A stretch of DNA of 64,000 bases from Holophagales bacterium (GTDB lineage: Bacteria > Acidobacteriota > Thermoanaerobaculia > Multivoradales > UBA5704). The position numbers and the translations under genes are program-made. Under the pieces are notes generated by a model. The model did not search any database, was not told the DNA's origin, and worked only from the letters and a program-made list of their open reading frames with translations. Of this stretch, positions 9,678 through 18,800 are shown one piece after another. The DNA is taken from the NCBI GenBank assembly GCA_031404815.1, contig JANNIH010000013.1, forward strand, positions 45,196-109,195. The letters are read 5' to 3'. Within the stretch, counting starts at the first letter, position 1; each line of letters begins with the position of its first letter.

Positions 9678-10253
9678 TTGAGAGAAGCCACGATCACCCA
9701 ACTGCTCGTGCTGTGGAGCTCGGGAGACCGGGAGGCGGCGGAGCAGGTCCTCCCCTTGGTCTATGAAAAGCTGCGCAGCATCGCGTCCCGTCAGCTCCGC
9801 CTGGAGCGGGATGACCACACGCTTCAGCCAACCGCCATCGTGCATGAGGCCTACCTCCACCTGGTCGAGCAGGCGGGCCTGGATTGGCCGAGCCGGGCCC
9901 ACTTCTTCGCCTTCTCGGCGCGCCTGATCCGCCGCATCCTCGTCGACTATGCCCGACACCGGAACCGGGCCAAGCGGGGAGGTTTGAGCCGGAAGGTGAT
10001 GCTTCGCGAGATGGCGGACCTGGCGCTGGAGAAGAGTCCCGACCTGGTGGCCCTGGACGAGGCTCTCTCTGCCCTGGAAAAGGCCGATCCGCGCAAGGCG
10101 GCCGTCGTCGAGCTGAAGTTCTTCGGCGGGCTCACCCTCGACGAGATCGCCGAGCAGCTCGCGATTTCGCCCGAGACCGTGAGCCGCGAATGGCGCCGCG
10201 CCAGGGCCTGGCTCTACCGGGCGTTGCAGCCGAGCGCGGCGGCCAAAGCCTGA
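9678..10253 (+). CDS. ECF sigma-70 factor, TIGR02999-like subgroup (the type usually paired with Ser/Thr kinases). TTG start.
   Basis: ITQLLVLWSSGDREAAEQVLPLVYEKLRSIA is the hallmark N-terminus of this ECF group. Carries a sigma-4 HTH. Lies directly upstream of a Ser/Thr kinase. Confidence 0.8.
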   Translation: MREATITQLLVLWSSGDREAAEQVLPLVYEKLRSIASRQLRLERDDHTLQPTAIVHEAYLHLVEQAGLDWPSRAHFFAFSARLIRRILVDYARHRNRAKRGGLSRKVMLREMADLALEKSPDLVALDEALSALEKADPRKAAVVELKFFGGLTLDEIAEQLAISPETVSREWRRARAWLYRALQPSAAAKA

Positions 10254-10274
10254 TCCTCAAAGGAAGGAGGAGGA

Positions 10275-13028
10275 ATGGAACCCGAATGGAACGAGGTGGA
10301 CCGCCTGTTCGCGGAGGCCCTGGACCGCCCGACCGCGGAGCGGCCGGCCTTTCTCGACACCGCATGCGCCGGGGACGCCGCCCTCCGCGGTGAAGTGGAG
10401 CAGTTGCTCGCCGCCGATGCAGAGGGGTGCGGTTTTCTGGAGAGCCCGCCGGACGAGCTGCTGCGGCTGACCCTCGATGCCGATGAGGAAGGCGGCAGCC
10501 TCGGCCCGTACCGGCTGCTGCAAAAGATCGGCAGCGGCGGCATGGGGACCGTGTATCTCGCCCGCCGGGAGGACGAGCACTACCGGCGCGATGTCGCCAT
10601 CAAAGTGCTCCGCTCCGGCCTGGCCAGCACCCAGGCCGTCCACCGCTTCGTCGCCGAACGGCAGATCCTGGCCCGCCTGGAGCATCCCAACATCGCCCGT
10701 CTCTACGACGGCGGCAGCACGGACGACGGCCGCCCCTATCTCGTCATGGAGCTGGTCGATGGGCTGCCCGTCGACCAGTACTGCGACCACCACCGGCTGA
10801 CCCTCAACCGGCGCCTCCTGCTGTTCCAGAAGATCTGCGCCGCCGTCCAGTACGCCCACCAGAACCTGCTGGTCCACCGCGACCTCAAACCCGCCAACAT
10901 CCTGATCACTCCCGAGGGGGAGCCCAAACTGCTCGACTTCGGCATCGCAAAGCAGCTCGCACCGGAAGTGGACGACACCCTGCTCCATACCCGGATCGGG
11001 TTTCAGCTCCTGACCCCCCGCTACGCCAGCCCCGAACAGGTCCGGGGCACCGCGATCACCACGGCGAGCGACATCTACTCTCTCGGTGTCCTCCTCTACG
11101 AGATCCTGGCGGGCCGCAGCCCTTACCCGGCCTTGGTGGAGCCGCGGTACGAAATCGAGCGCGCCATTTGCGAAGAGGAGCCGGAACGCCCCAGCCTGGC
11201 CCTGTTCCGGCCGGGACCGCCGAGCGTGAAAGAGATCGCCGCGGCCCGCAAGCTGCTGCCTCAAGCCCTTGCCCACCGGCTGAGCGGCGATCTCGACAAC
11301 GTCGCCCTGATGGCGTTGCGCAAGGATCCCCGGCGACGGTACGGCTCGGCCGAACAGCTCTCCCGCGACCTGGAAAGGCATCTGCGGGACCTCCCCGTCA
11401 CCGCCCGCCCCGACACCCTGCGCTACCGGTCGCGGAAATTCGTGCGCCGCCACCGCGCGGCGGTCGCGGCGACGGCGGCCATGGTGCTGCTCGCGGCAGG
11501 CTTCATCGCGAGCCTGGTCGTCCGGGGGCGCCAGCTCAACCGGGAGCGCGACAAGGCCCGCTATGCGCTCTCCTTCCTGGTGGATACCTTCAAGCAGGCC
11601 GATCCGTATCACACCCAGGGAGAGAGGCTCACGGCCCGCGAGATCCTCGATCAAGGGGCGAGCCGCATCTCGCGCGAGCTCACCGGCCAGCCGGACGTGC
11701 AGGCGGCCGTGATGGACGCGATCGGCGTGGTCAATCTCGGCCTGGGACGCTACGATCAGGCCGAGCCGCTCCTCGCCCGCTCCCTGGCGCTGCGCCGGCA
11801 GGTGTCCGGTCCCAACTCTCTGGACGTGGCGGACAGCCTGGAGCACCTCGCCGAGCTGCGCAACGAGCGCTCCGACCGAACCGGCGCGGAAACGCACCTG
11901 CGGGAGGCTCTCGCCATCCGGCGGCTCCACCAGGGCGACAACGACCTGGCCGTGGCCAGGACCCTCAACCGGCTCGGAGCGACTCTCGTCGAACCAGGCG
12001 TCTCTCCCGAGGCCGCGCCAGCGATCGAGGCGATCCACCGGGAGGCCCTCACCATCGCCCGTCGCGCCGAACGGCCCGAGGGCCTCACCGTGGCCGAGAC
12101 CTTTTTCGCCCTCGCGCATCTGCAACAGGCCCAGGGGAGCTACGCCGAAGCGGAGAGACTCTTCAGGGAGGGGCTGGCCATCGAACGCAAAGCTCTGGGA
12201 GACCGGGACCCGCGGCTCTACCGCGACCAGGCAGAGCTCAGCGCGATCCTGCTCGATGCGGGCAAGCTCAAAGAGGCGGAGGCCGTCCTGCGGCCCTGCC
12301 TCGCGCGGCAACGGACGATCCTCAGCCGCGCGCATCCGGACCTGATGACCACGCTGAACAATCTGGCCGTGGTTCTCGACCAGCAGGGCCGGCACACCGA
12401 GGCGGAGGCCGTGCATCGCGAGCTGCTGGCCCTGGCGCACTCGACCTTTGGTTCTGCCCACTGGCGGGTGGCCACCGCCCTCGTCCACCTGGCATCGAAC
12501 CTCGAGGGCCAGGGCAGGGGCAAGGAAGCGAGCGCCCTGTTTGAACAGGGGCTGGAGATCCGGCGCCGGACGCTCGGCGAGAAGGACTGGCAGACGGGTC
12601 AGGTCCTGCTGCTCCTCGCCCAGGCCTACCGCAATGACGGACAGTTCCTCAAAGCGCTTGGGCTCGCGTTGGAGGCCCATGCGATTCTCGAAGCCGGGGA
12701 AGGGCCGGATCACCCCTACGTAGCGCATGCGCTGCGAGAGATCGGAAGAAACTATCTGCTCCAGGACCGCTTCACAGAGGCGGAGCCCTACCTGCGCCGC
12801 TCCCTGGAAATCCGACGCCAGAAGCTTGCAGCCCGCCATCCCGATCTCGCCAAGGCCGAGGTCTCTCTGGCGCGATGCCTGATCGGGCAGGGTCGCCCCG
12901 AGGAGGCGGTTGCTCTGCTGCGGGATGCACGGACCACCTTCATCGCGGTGTATGGGCAAGACCACGAACTCTCCCAGGTGCCCGGCGACCTGCTGGCCGA
13001 GATCGAGCGCGCCCGCGCCAAGCCGTAG
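10275..13028 (+). CDS. Ser/Thr protein kinase with C-terminal TPR repeats (917 aa).
   Basis: GSGGMGTVYLARR...AIK and HRDLKPANIL kinase motifs. TM helix and long TPR region. Strong RBS AAGGAGGAGGA. Confidence 0.85.
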   Translation: MEPEWNEVDRLFAEALDRPTAERPAFLDTACAGDAALRGEVEQLLAADAEGCGFLESPPDELLRLTLDADEEGGSLGPYRLLQKIGSGGMGTVYLARREDEHYRRDVAIKVLRSGLASTQAVHRFVAERQILARLEHPNIARLYDGGSTDDGRPYLVMELVDGLPVDQYCDHHRLTLNRRLLLFQKICAAVQYAHQNLLVHRDLKPANILITPEGEPKLLDFGIAKQLAPEVDDTLLHTRIGFQLLTPRYASPEQVRGTAITTASDIYSLGVLLYEILAGRSPYPALVEPRYEIERAICEEEPERPSLALFRPGPPSVKEIAAARKLLPQALAHRLSGDLDNVALMALRKDPRRRYGSAEQLSRDLERHLRDLPVTARPDTLRYRSRKFVRRHRAAVAATAAMVLLAAGFIASLVVRGRQLNRERDKARYALSFLVDTFKQADPYHTQGERLTAREILDQGASRISRELTGQPDVQAAVMDAIGVVNLGLGRYDQAEPLLARSLALRRQVSGPNSLDVADSLEHLAELRNERSDRTGAETHLREALAIRRLHQGDNDLAVARTLNRLGATLVEPGVSPEAAPAIEAIHREALTIARRAERPEGLTVAETFFALAHLQQAQGSYAEAERLFREGLAIERKALGDRDPRLYRDQAELSAILLDAGKLKEAEAVLRPCLARQRTILSRAHPDLMTTLNNLAVVLDQQGRHTEAEAVHRELLALAHSTFGSAHWRVATALVHLASNLEGQGRGKEASALFEQGLEIRRRTLGEKDWQTGQVLLLLAQAYRNDGQFLKALGLALEAHAILEAGEGPDHPYVAHALREIGRNYLLQDRFTEAEPYLRRSLEIRRQKLAARHPDLAKAEVSLARCLIGQGRPEEAVALLRDARTTFIAVYGQDHELSQVPGDLLAEIERARAKP

Positions 13029-13194
13029 CCGGGTGAAGACTCTGCCGCGCTATGGCGCTTAAGGCGGCCAGGGCATCTCGCGGGATCGGTTCGCCGCAAA
13101 GATCCTTGCTTCGCAGTGACGGACTTCGCCAAACGATCTCGCATCTCCCTGCAGTTCGCCCCTCTGGGGCGCCATACGCAAGGAGAACCGACCC

Positions 13195-15559
13195 ATGAGA
13201 AACACGAAGCTGTTAACTCTCGCCTGTCTGGCCGTCCTGGCGACCATGAATGCCGCCTCCGTCGCCGGGCAACCGACGGAATCGACCGCTCCACTGCGGC
13301 TTTACACCCTCGACAGCAACCCCCTCGAAAGGGCCGCGGAGGGGTCGAGAACCGACGAGCTCGTTCCGGACGCCGCCGAGGAGTTCGCCATCGACCTCGA
13401 CCCGCAGGCCGTCGCCGACAATCCGCCCTCATTCCTCCTCGATCTTCCCGACGGGCGCACCTTGAAGGCCGTCCGCACCCGCTTCGTCGAGTATCGGGAG
13501 GATTGGAAGAGCTGGGTCGGCTTCGCGCGCGAAGTCGGCAACAAGAAGTCCAAGGCCGGTTTCATCCATCTCGGATATCACGGCGAGCAGCTCACCGCGG
13601 TGATTGATTTAGCGGGCGAACGGTACCGGATCGTCGGCGGCTTCGAGGACAGCCATCGCCTGGTCCGGCTCTCCGATGAGAAGGGACCGCTGTCCTGCGC
13701 GTTCGACGACGCGCAGGGTCTTGGTAAGGCGATGCTCGCAGCCGAAAGCGCCGCCGAGACCGAGGCACCGACCGAGACCGAGGCCGCCGCGCTCACCGCC
13801 AACCGCGTCGATGTCCTCGCCGTCTACCCCAAGGCCTTCTTCAGCACGGGCGCCGCGGAAGAGTCGGGGCTCTTCACCTTCATTCAGGATTCGATCTCGC
13901 TGGCCAACACGGTGTTCGCGAACAGCCAGGTCGACACGAGCTACAACCTGGTCGGCATCGTGCCGATCAAAGGCGTCGCTCAGCCGTCGGGTGGTATCTT
14001 CAACGCCCTGACGTGGTTGAATGGCCTGCCCTCGGAGGTCACGACCCTGCGCAACGCCTTCGGCGCCGACGTGGTGACCATCTACGTCCCGTTTTCCTGG
14101 AATGCCAACAACTACTGCGGCGTCGCCAATCTGCCCCAGAACAACAACACGTTCCTCGCGCCCAGTGGCACGGTGAATGCGCCGATGGGTGACAAGGCGT
14201 TCACCGCCAACCGGAACGCCTGCGGCCAAGGCGATTTCACGCTGGGCCACGAGATCGGCCACAACTACGGCATGTACCACGGTGACCAAGCGGCATCCTC
14301 GCTGGCGATATACCCGTACGCCCGGGGCAAACTCATCACGGTGGGCGGGGTGACCAAGGCTACCGTCATGCACTGCGTCTGCCCGACGGGGGGTTGCTTC
14401 GTCGGGAGCGGCTCCACCTGCAACCGGATCCCCCACTTCTCCGATCCGAACATCTTCTACCTGGGAGTTGCGACAGGCATGGCCGACCGCAACAACGCCC
14501 TGGCGGCCCGGAATGCGACTCCGATCTACGCCGGCTTCAAGCCACAGAGCACGAACACTCCCCCCAACGCCAACTTCACCACCTCCTGCTCCGGCGGCAC
14601 CTGCACCTTCAACGCCGGCTCCTCGACCGACAACACCGCGCTCCCGTCGAACGGCTACTGGTGGGACTTCGGCGACGGCACTACGGGCACGGGCGTGAGC
14701 ACGAGCCACTTCTATCAGACCGCCGGCTCCTACCGGGTCCACCTGGTGGTGACCGACGGCAACGGGACGACCGGCCAGACCGATGTCGCGTGGGGCTCCG
14801 TCAACCCGTCGCCGCTCTATGAGGGCTACCACGACATCGCGAATTGCCGCGACATCTCCGGCTGGGCCTGGGACCAGGGAAGCCCCAACACTGCGGTCAA
14901 CGTCGACATCCATCGGGACGGCACCAAGGTCTCGACCGTGCTGGCGGGGCCTCTTCCGCCAGGATCTCCTGAACGCCGGCAAGGGGAACGGCTATCACGG
15001 CTTCGGCTACTTCCCGAACAGCACGTGGAAGGACGGCCAGTGGCACACGGCCACCATCAAGTACACCGGATCGGGCGCAAACCTGAGCACGACCCCCAGG
15101 AGCGTGATCTGTGCCGTGAGCTGCTTGCCCGGCCTGACGCCCACGGAGAACCTCGACACGGCGGGCATCGTCTACACCGTCGCGACGCAGTTCAGCTCAA
15201 CCCATTCCGGATTCCTCACACACCTTCGCTTCTACAGGGCGCCCGGAGAGACCGGTACCAACGTCGGCACGCTCTGGTCCAATAGCGGCACCCAGCTCGC
15301 GCAAGCGACCTTCCCCAGCAGCCCGACCTCGGGCTGGGTCGAGGTCACAATCTCGCCTGTGGCCATCACGGCGGGAACCCTCTACCGCGTCGGAGTCAAC
15401 ACCAACGTCCGGCAATCCAAGACCGGGTGCGGCATCGGCTCGGGCATCACGAACCAGGTCCTGACCGCCCACTCGGGATACTGGATCGCCGGCAACGGCG
15501 TCTTCCCGACCACTGGAAGTTGCAGCAACTTCTTCGTGGACGTGAAGTTCGATCTTTAA
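13195..15559 (+). CDS. Secreted M12B/reprolysin-like zinc metallopeptidase with PKD and C-terminal DUF4082-like domains. A +1 frameshift sits near 14945 (G-run), so this is either a sequencing error or a pseudogene.
   Basis: Signal peptide. HEIGHNYGMYHGD is a metzincin HExxHxxGxxH motif. PKD segment GYWWDFGDGTTGTGVSTSHFYQTAGSYRVHLVVTDGNGTTG. The frame then switches (STVLAG | GLFRQDLLNAGKGNGYHG...) and continues into a DUF4082-like segment (LRFYRAPGETGTNVGTLWSNSGTQLA...GWVEV). RBS AAGGAGAA. Confidence 0.6.
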
Positions 15560-15609
15560 AAGAATCGCTCTCGGTAAGGCCGGCCCTCTCCGGGCGAAAG
15601 GAGTACACC

Positions 15610-15783
15610 ATGGAGAAGAAGCAAGCGCAGAAGATATCCACCCTCACCCTGCGGACCGAAACCCTCCGCCGGCTCGACGATGCGCATCTGCCGGGAGTGG
15701 CCGGAGGAGGGAGGCTCCGCGTCCCCATCGGCTTCGCGAACGACACCACCCCGCTTTACGACGACGACACGACCGGCGGTTGA
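15610..15783 (+). CDS. GG-leader peptide, a putative RiPP/bacteriocin-type precursor (57 aa).
   Basis: MEKKQAQKISTLTLRTETLRRLDDAHLPGVAGGG + RLRVPIGFANDTTPLYDDDTTGG. The leader fits the K-rich LxLxxETLRxLxx...VxGG pattern of double-glycine natural-product precursors. RBS AAAGGAG. Confidence 0.4.
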   Translation: MEKKQAQKISTLTLRTETLRRLDDAHLPGVAGGGRLRVPIGFANDTTPLYDDDTTGG

Positions 15784-15946
15784 AACCCGCCGCGATGTGC
15801 CTCGGGATCGCCCTGCCGATCGGCAGGGTGCTTCCGAGGCGCACGTTCCCTAGGACCCTCCCTGCACCCACGCAAGAATATTCGCCTGATGGCATCGCCG
15901 ACCCGCGGCTCGGGCCGACTCGTATCATCATTGCGACCGAAACAAC

Positions 15947-15975
15947 GGGTGTGAGGCCGGCCGGTCCTCACACCC
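15947..15975. terminator. Perfect 10-bp-stem hairpin (GGGTGTGAGG-CCGGCCGGT-CCTCACACCC) between convergent genes.
   Basis: Perfect inverted repeat read directly. It is 3' to both 15610-15783 (+) and 16002-16388 (-). No U-tract, so if it terminates it is intrinsic-like but atypical. Confidence 0.35.
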
Positions 15976-16001
15976 GCGGCCATCAACAGGAAGGCGACGG
16001 C

Positions 16002-16388
16002 TTACCCGATCTCGACCGCCGGATCGGCCGGGCGCACCGTCTTCGCGGCTTGATCAGCTCGGCGGTTCCGGGGGCGGATCGGCGAGACTCGGAACTGCAC
16101 CAGGCGCTCGCTCTTCGTGCCGAGAATGGACTTGGTCACACCGCGCAGGCGACGCGCCATCTCGCGACCTTGAGTGATCATCTCCCGCAGATCCTGGGTG
16201 GCTTCCTGCCGCCTGGCCGTGCAGGAGTCCTGCCGTGCCTTCTGCGCCCGAACCCGCGCCAGGGCCGCCACCAGCGCCTCCCGCTGCGGCTGCGCCCCGG
16301 CCTGGACGCCCTCATTGTCGTTGGTCGCTTCGAGCAGCAGCTCCCAATCTCGAACGATGTCGGAAAAAGAACTGGGAATGGTCGCCAT
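16002..16388 (-). CDS. Hypothetical protein (128 aa from MATIPSSFSDIVRDW...).
   Basis: RBS GAGGAAGG precedes the internal ATG. No family recognised. Confidence 0.4.
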   Translation of the reverse strand: MATIPSSFSDIVRDWELLLEATNDNEGVQAGAQPQREALVAALARVRAQKARQDSCTARRQEATQDLREMITQGREMARRLRGVTKSILGTKSERLVQFRVSPIRPRNRRADQAAKTVRPADPAVEIG

Positions 16389-16594
16389 GATTCGCCATCC
16401 TTCCTCAATCGCGGCCGAACGCGGCGAGAGTGCCGCGCGGCCACGCCCCACGGGGCGCGAGAACGGTTCTACCAATCCAATTCCGGGAAATCTAGCTTTT
16501 CGGCCTCCAGAGCGAAAATAGTTCCCGGTCCCCGCGAAAACGAGCGATCGGCAGCGAGATCTGAAGGGTAGAGACCGATTTTTACGCCATCCGA

Positions 16595-17330
16595 AGCCAG
16601 CTCGCGACGGCTCCCAGCCAGCTCGCGACAGCTCCCATCTGGCTCGCAACGGTCGCCAGCCGGAGCGGAGCCGCCCAAGGTCTCTTTGAGCGTCTCGGAG
16701 CCGGTTCGCGACGTTCGCGAGCGAGATCGGAGAGACCGCGAGCGGGTTGCGAGCCTCTCCGATCGAGATGGGAGAGGCTCCGAGCTGGAGCGCAGCCTCC
16801 CCCAGCCGGCTCGGAGCCTTCCAAGGTAGGTTGGAGCCTCAGCGAGCCGGCTCGCGACCATCGCGAGCCGGCTCTCTGACCCCCAGATCTGGCTGCGAGC
16901 CGCTCCCATCCGGCTCGCGGAGTGTCCGAGCCCGCTCGGAACCGCTCAATAGGGGGGTGGGCGGCTGCGAGCCCGCTCGCGAAGGCTCAGAACCCGCTGC
17001 GAACCGCTCACAACCCGCTCGCAGTCGCTGCGAGCCGGCTCGGGGTCTCCCCCATCCGGATGGGAGAGGCTCAGAACCGGATGGGAACCGCTCAAATCGA
17101 GGTTGGGAGGTTGCGAGCGAGTTCGCGATGGCTCGCAGCCCGCTGGCAATCGCTCCGAGCGAGATGCAGACCGCGCCGAGCCCGCTCGGAATCGCTTCGA
17201 GCAAAGTGCCGACCGCGCCGAGTTGGATGCGACAGGCTTTAGTTGAGCCGCCGACGACCGCGAGCCGGCTTCGAGCCCTTGCGAGACTGAAGTCGCCGAG
17301 TGGGAACCGCGCTGCGAGGGGGCGACCCTC
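16595..17330. repeat. Degenerate tandem array of about 35 units of 21 bp (core CGCGAGCCGGCTCGCG, which is palindromic). Phase is strictly conserved with no indels.
   Basis: Manual segmentation shows every unit is exactly 21 nt and carries ...CCGGCTCGCGA...CGCTC... variants. The region is stop-free in several frames and yields only low-complexity heptad translations. No start codon with an RBS. Confidence 0.6.
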
Positions 17331-17359
17331 CTGACCCTCGATCTCGCCCTGGCCGCCAG

Positions 17360-17445
17360 CCACCCGACCGAGAATTGAAGATCGCGCGCAGGCGCGTGAA
17401 GGAGTTGCAAGATGGTTGATCTGAAGCACAACCCGATCCGGCAAA
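17360..17445 (+). repeat. Duplicated fragment of the higB 3' end and higA 5' end. About 95% identical to 18747-18822, with an orphan 12-codon higA start (MVDLKHNPIRQTT*).
   Basis: GAGAATTGAAGATCGCGCGCAGGCGCGTGAAGGAG..CAAGATGG.TGATCTGAAGCACA.CCCGATCCGGCA is shared, with 4 mismatches in about 75 nt. Confidence 0.6.
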
Positions 17446-17482
17446 CCACTTAAGTTAGGCCCCCCCCCCTGTGCAAGCTTCT

Positions 17483-18115
17483 TCAGCAGCAGCAGCACGG
17501 ACGCGCGGCCATTCCCCAGTGCGTGAGCTTGTTCTTGCCGATCACGGTCGCCTTTCCCGTCGCGACGTTGATGTCCACGAGCTCACCATTCGCGGTCGTC
17601 CCGTACAAACGGCAACCGAAGAAAGCCAAGCCGTAGACCGTGCTCAGCCCGGTGGAACCGATCAGGGTCGCCTGGTTCGTGGTGAGATTGATCTGCGCCA
17701 GGGACACCGAGCCTCCCGAATTCAACGCCCCAAAGAGAACGTCGTTCGAGTCGAAAGCCAGGTCGCCGCTGGAGGAAAGCCCGGGACCGTAGTTTCCTGG
17801 CACCGGCATTCCAGCTCCTGTGACCGGATTGAGCTTGACCAACTGAGTGGCGCCTGCGGCGTAGATCGTGCCGTCGGAGTGCACGGCCAGTCCGTTGGTC
17901 GTCGAACCCGTCGCGCCGACGACGGTCCCCTTTCCGGTATCGGGGTTGAGCTTCAAGAGTTGAGAGAAGCTCACCCCATACAAGGTCGGGCCATGAAACG
18001 CGATGTCCGTAACGTTGGCGATCGTCACCGGCCCGACGGCGTTCGGCGAAGCGGTCGCGGGATCGATGGTGTAGAGGGTGCTGGTCGGATCTACGACGTA
18101 GAGGCATTTGGACAT
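17483..18115 (-). CDS. Secreted beta-propeller (NHL-like) repeat protein ending in CCCC (210 aa).
   Basis: Repeated xGxLYxV/DG blades. RBS GGGGAGAA. The stop codon is followed directly by a G10/C10 homopolymer at 17460-17469. Confidence 0.5.
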   Translation of the reverse strand: MSKCLYVVDPTSTLYTIDPATASPNAVGPVTIANVTDIAFHGPTLYGVSFSQLLKLNPDTGKGTVVGATGSTTNGLAVHSDGTIYAAGATQLVKLNPVTGAGMPVPGNYGPGLSSSGDLAFDSNDVLFGALNSGGSVSLAQINLTTNQATLIGSTGLSTVYGLAFFGCRLYGTTANGELVDINVATGKATVIGKNKLTHWGMAARPCCCC

Positions 18116-18254
18116 GACGGGTTCTCCCCGAAGCGAGACCGGATGATTCCGACCTCGCTTGGGTATTCGCTTCGAGGGTCAGGATTCTGACTTTGCGACG
18201 CGACAGCCTCAATCGCGCTCTCTCTCGGTTCGGCTGGCACCTACTCGGGAACCA

Positions 18255-18449
18255 TCAGGCGGCGCTGCGGCGGCGAGGAATCGGACGGAGATCCTTCTCC
18301 GTACCGCCGATCCGGACCAGCCATGGTGCGCTTTCGAGAGCGATAAGCGCCTCCAAACCAGAACGAACGAGCGCGGTCTTCTCGCTGACGCCGGTCAGTT
18401 GCGCGGCCTGCTCCAGAAGCTGCTCGTCGATCTCCAGCGTCGTTCTCAT
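18255..18449 (-). CDS. vapB: VapB-type (MRTTLEIDEQLL...) antitoxin, orphan: no cognate PIN toxin gene.
   Basis: MRTTLEIDEQLLEQAAQLTGVSEKTALVRSGLEALI matches the VapB-family antitoxin. No PIN-domain ORF downstream on the same strand. Confidence 0.5.
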   Translation of the reverse strand: MRTTLEIDEQLLEQAAQLTGVSEKTALVRSGLEALIALESAPWLVRIGGTEKDLRPIPRRRSAA

Positions 18450-18509
18450 ATGCACATCCTCCGGGAGATCATCGACGATGGAAGGGAGCGCGCGATGGCA
18501 GACGCATCG

Positions 18510-18527
18510 GTTGCGGCCGGTTAGCGT
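18510..18527. promoter_or_regulatory. Inverted repeat GTTAGC-N6-GCTAAC, a putative autoregulatory operator immediately upstream of higB.
   Basis: Perfect 6-bp half-sites about 20 nt upstream of the higB start, which is the usual position of TA operators. Confidence 0.3.
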
Positions 18528-18545
18528 TTCTGCTAACTTCGAGGT

Positions 18546-18800
18546 GTGGCGTTTGAGATCGAGTACTTCCACGAGCGGATTCTCGCAGAGATTGAGGCGT
18601 GGCCTGTAGACGTTTTGGCGGACTACGCACGGCTCCTGGAGTTGCTGGCAGCCTACGGTCCCAGCCTGCGCCTGCCTCACTCGCGCGCTATGGGCAACGG
18701 CCTATTCGAGCTGCGGCCACGCGGTCGATCCGGTATCGGCCGAGCGAGAATTGAAGATCGCGCGCAGGCGCGTGAAGGAGCTCCAAGATGGCTGATCTGA
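18546..18800 (+). pseudogene. higB: HigB/Gp49-like (DUF891) RelE-superfamily toxin with an in-frame internal deletion of about 25 aa. It is missing the core between ...GIGRA and the C-terminal IE.RA.AR tail.
   Basis: The N-terminus FEIEYFHERILAEIE...LADYARLLELLAAYGPSLRLPHSRAMGNGLFELRPRGRSGIGRA is typical of this toxin family. The expected LY..VVLHAF.KK.QKTP segment is absent (84 aa versus about 105-110). GTG start. Confidence 0.5.

Noticed and set aside
10257-12965. 902-aa minus-strand ORF.
   Set aside because: It mirrors the Ser/Thr kinase gene, which has unambiguous kinase motifs and a perfect RBS on the plus strand.
13609-14982. 457-aa minus-strand ORF.
   Set aside because: It is antisense to the metallopeptidase gene, which carries HExxH and PKD motifs.
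15780-16571. 263-aa plus-strand ORF.
   Set aside because: It is antisense to the RBS-supported 16002-16388 gene and crosses a strong terminator-like hairpin. Low-complexity translation.
16595-17330. CRISPR array hypothesis for the 21-bp repeats (and for 20189-20440).
   Set aside because: Units are contiguous with no spacers, the period (21 nt) is far below repeat-plus-spacer lengths, and the units are degenerate, not conserved. No cas genes nearby.
16469-17498. ORFs 16469-16909, 16839-17498, 16747-17334, 16922-17242 and 16946-17449 as protein-coding genes.
   Set aside because: All are translations of the 21-bp repeat array in different frames and strands. None has an RBS or start context, and they mutually overlap, so they are treated as repeat DNA.
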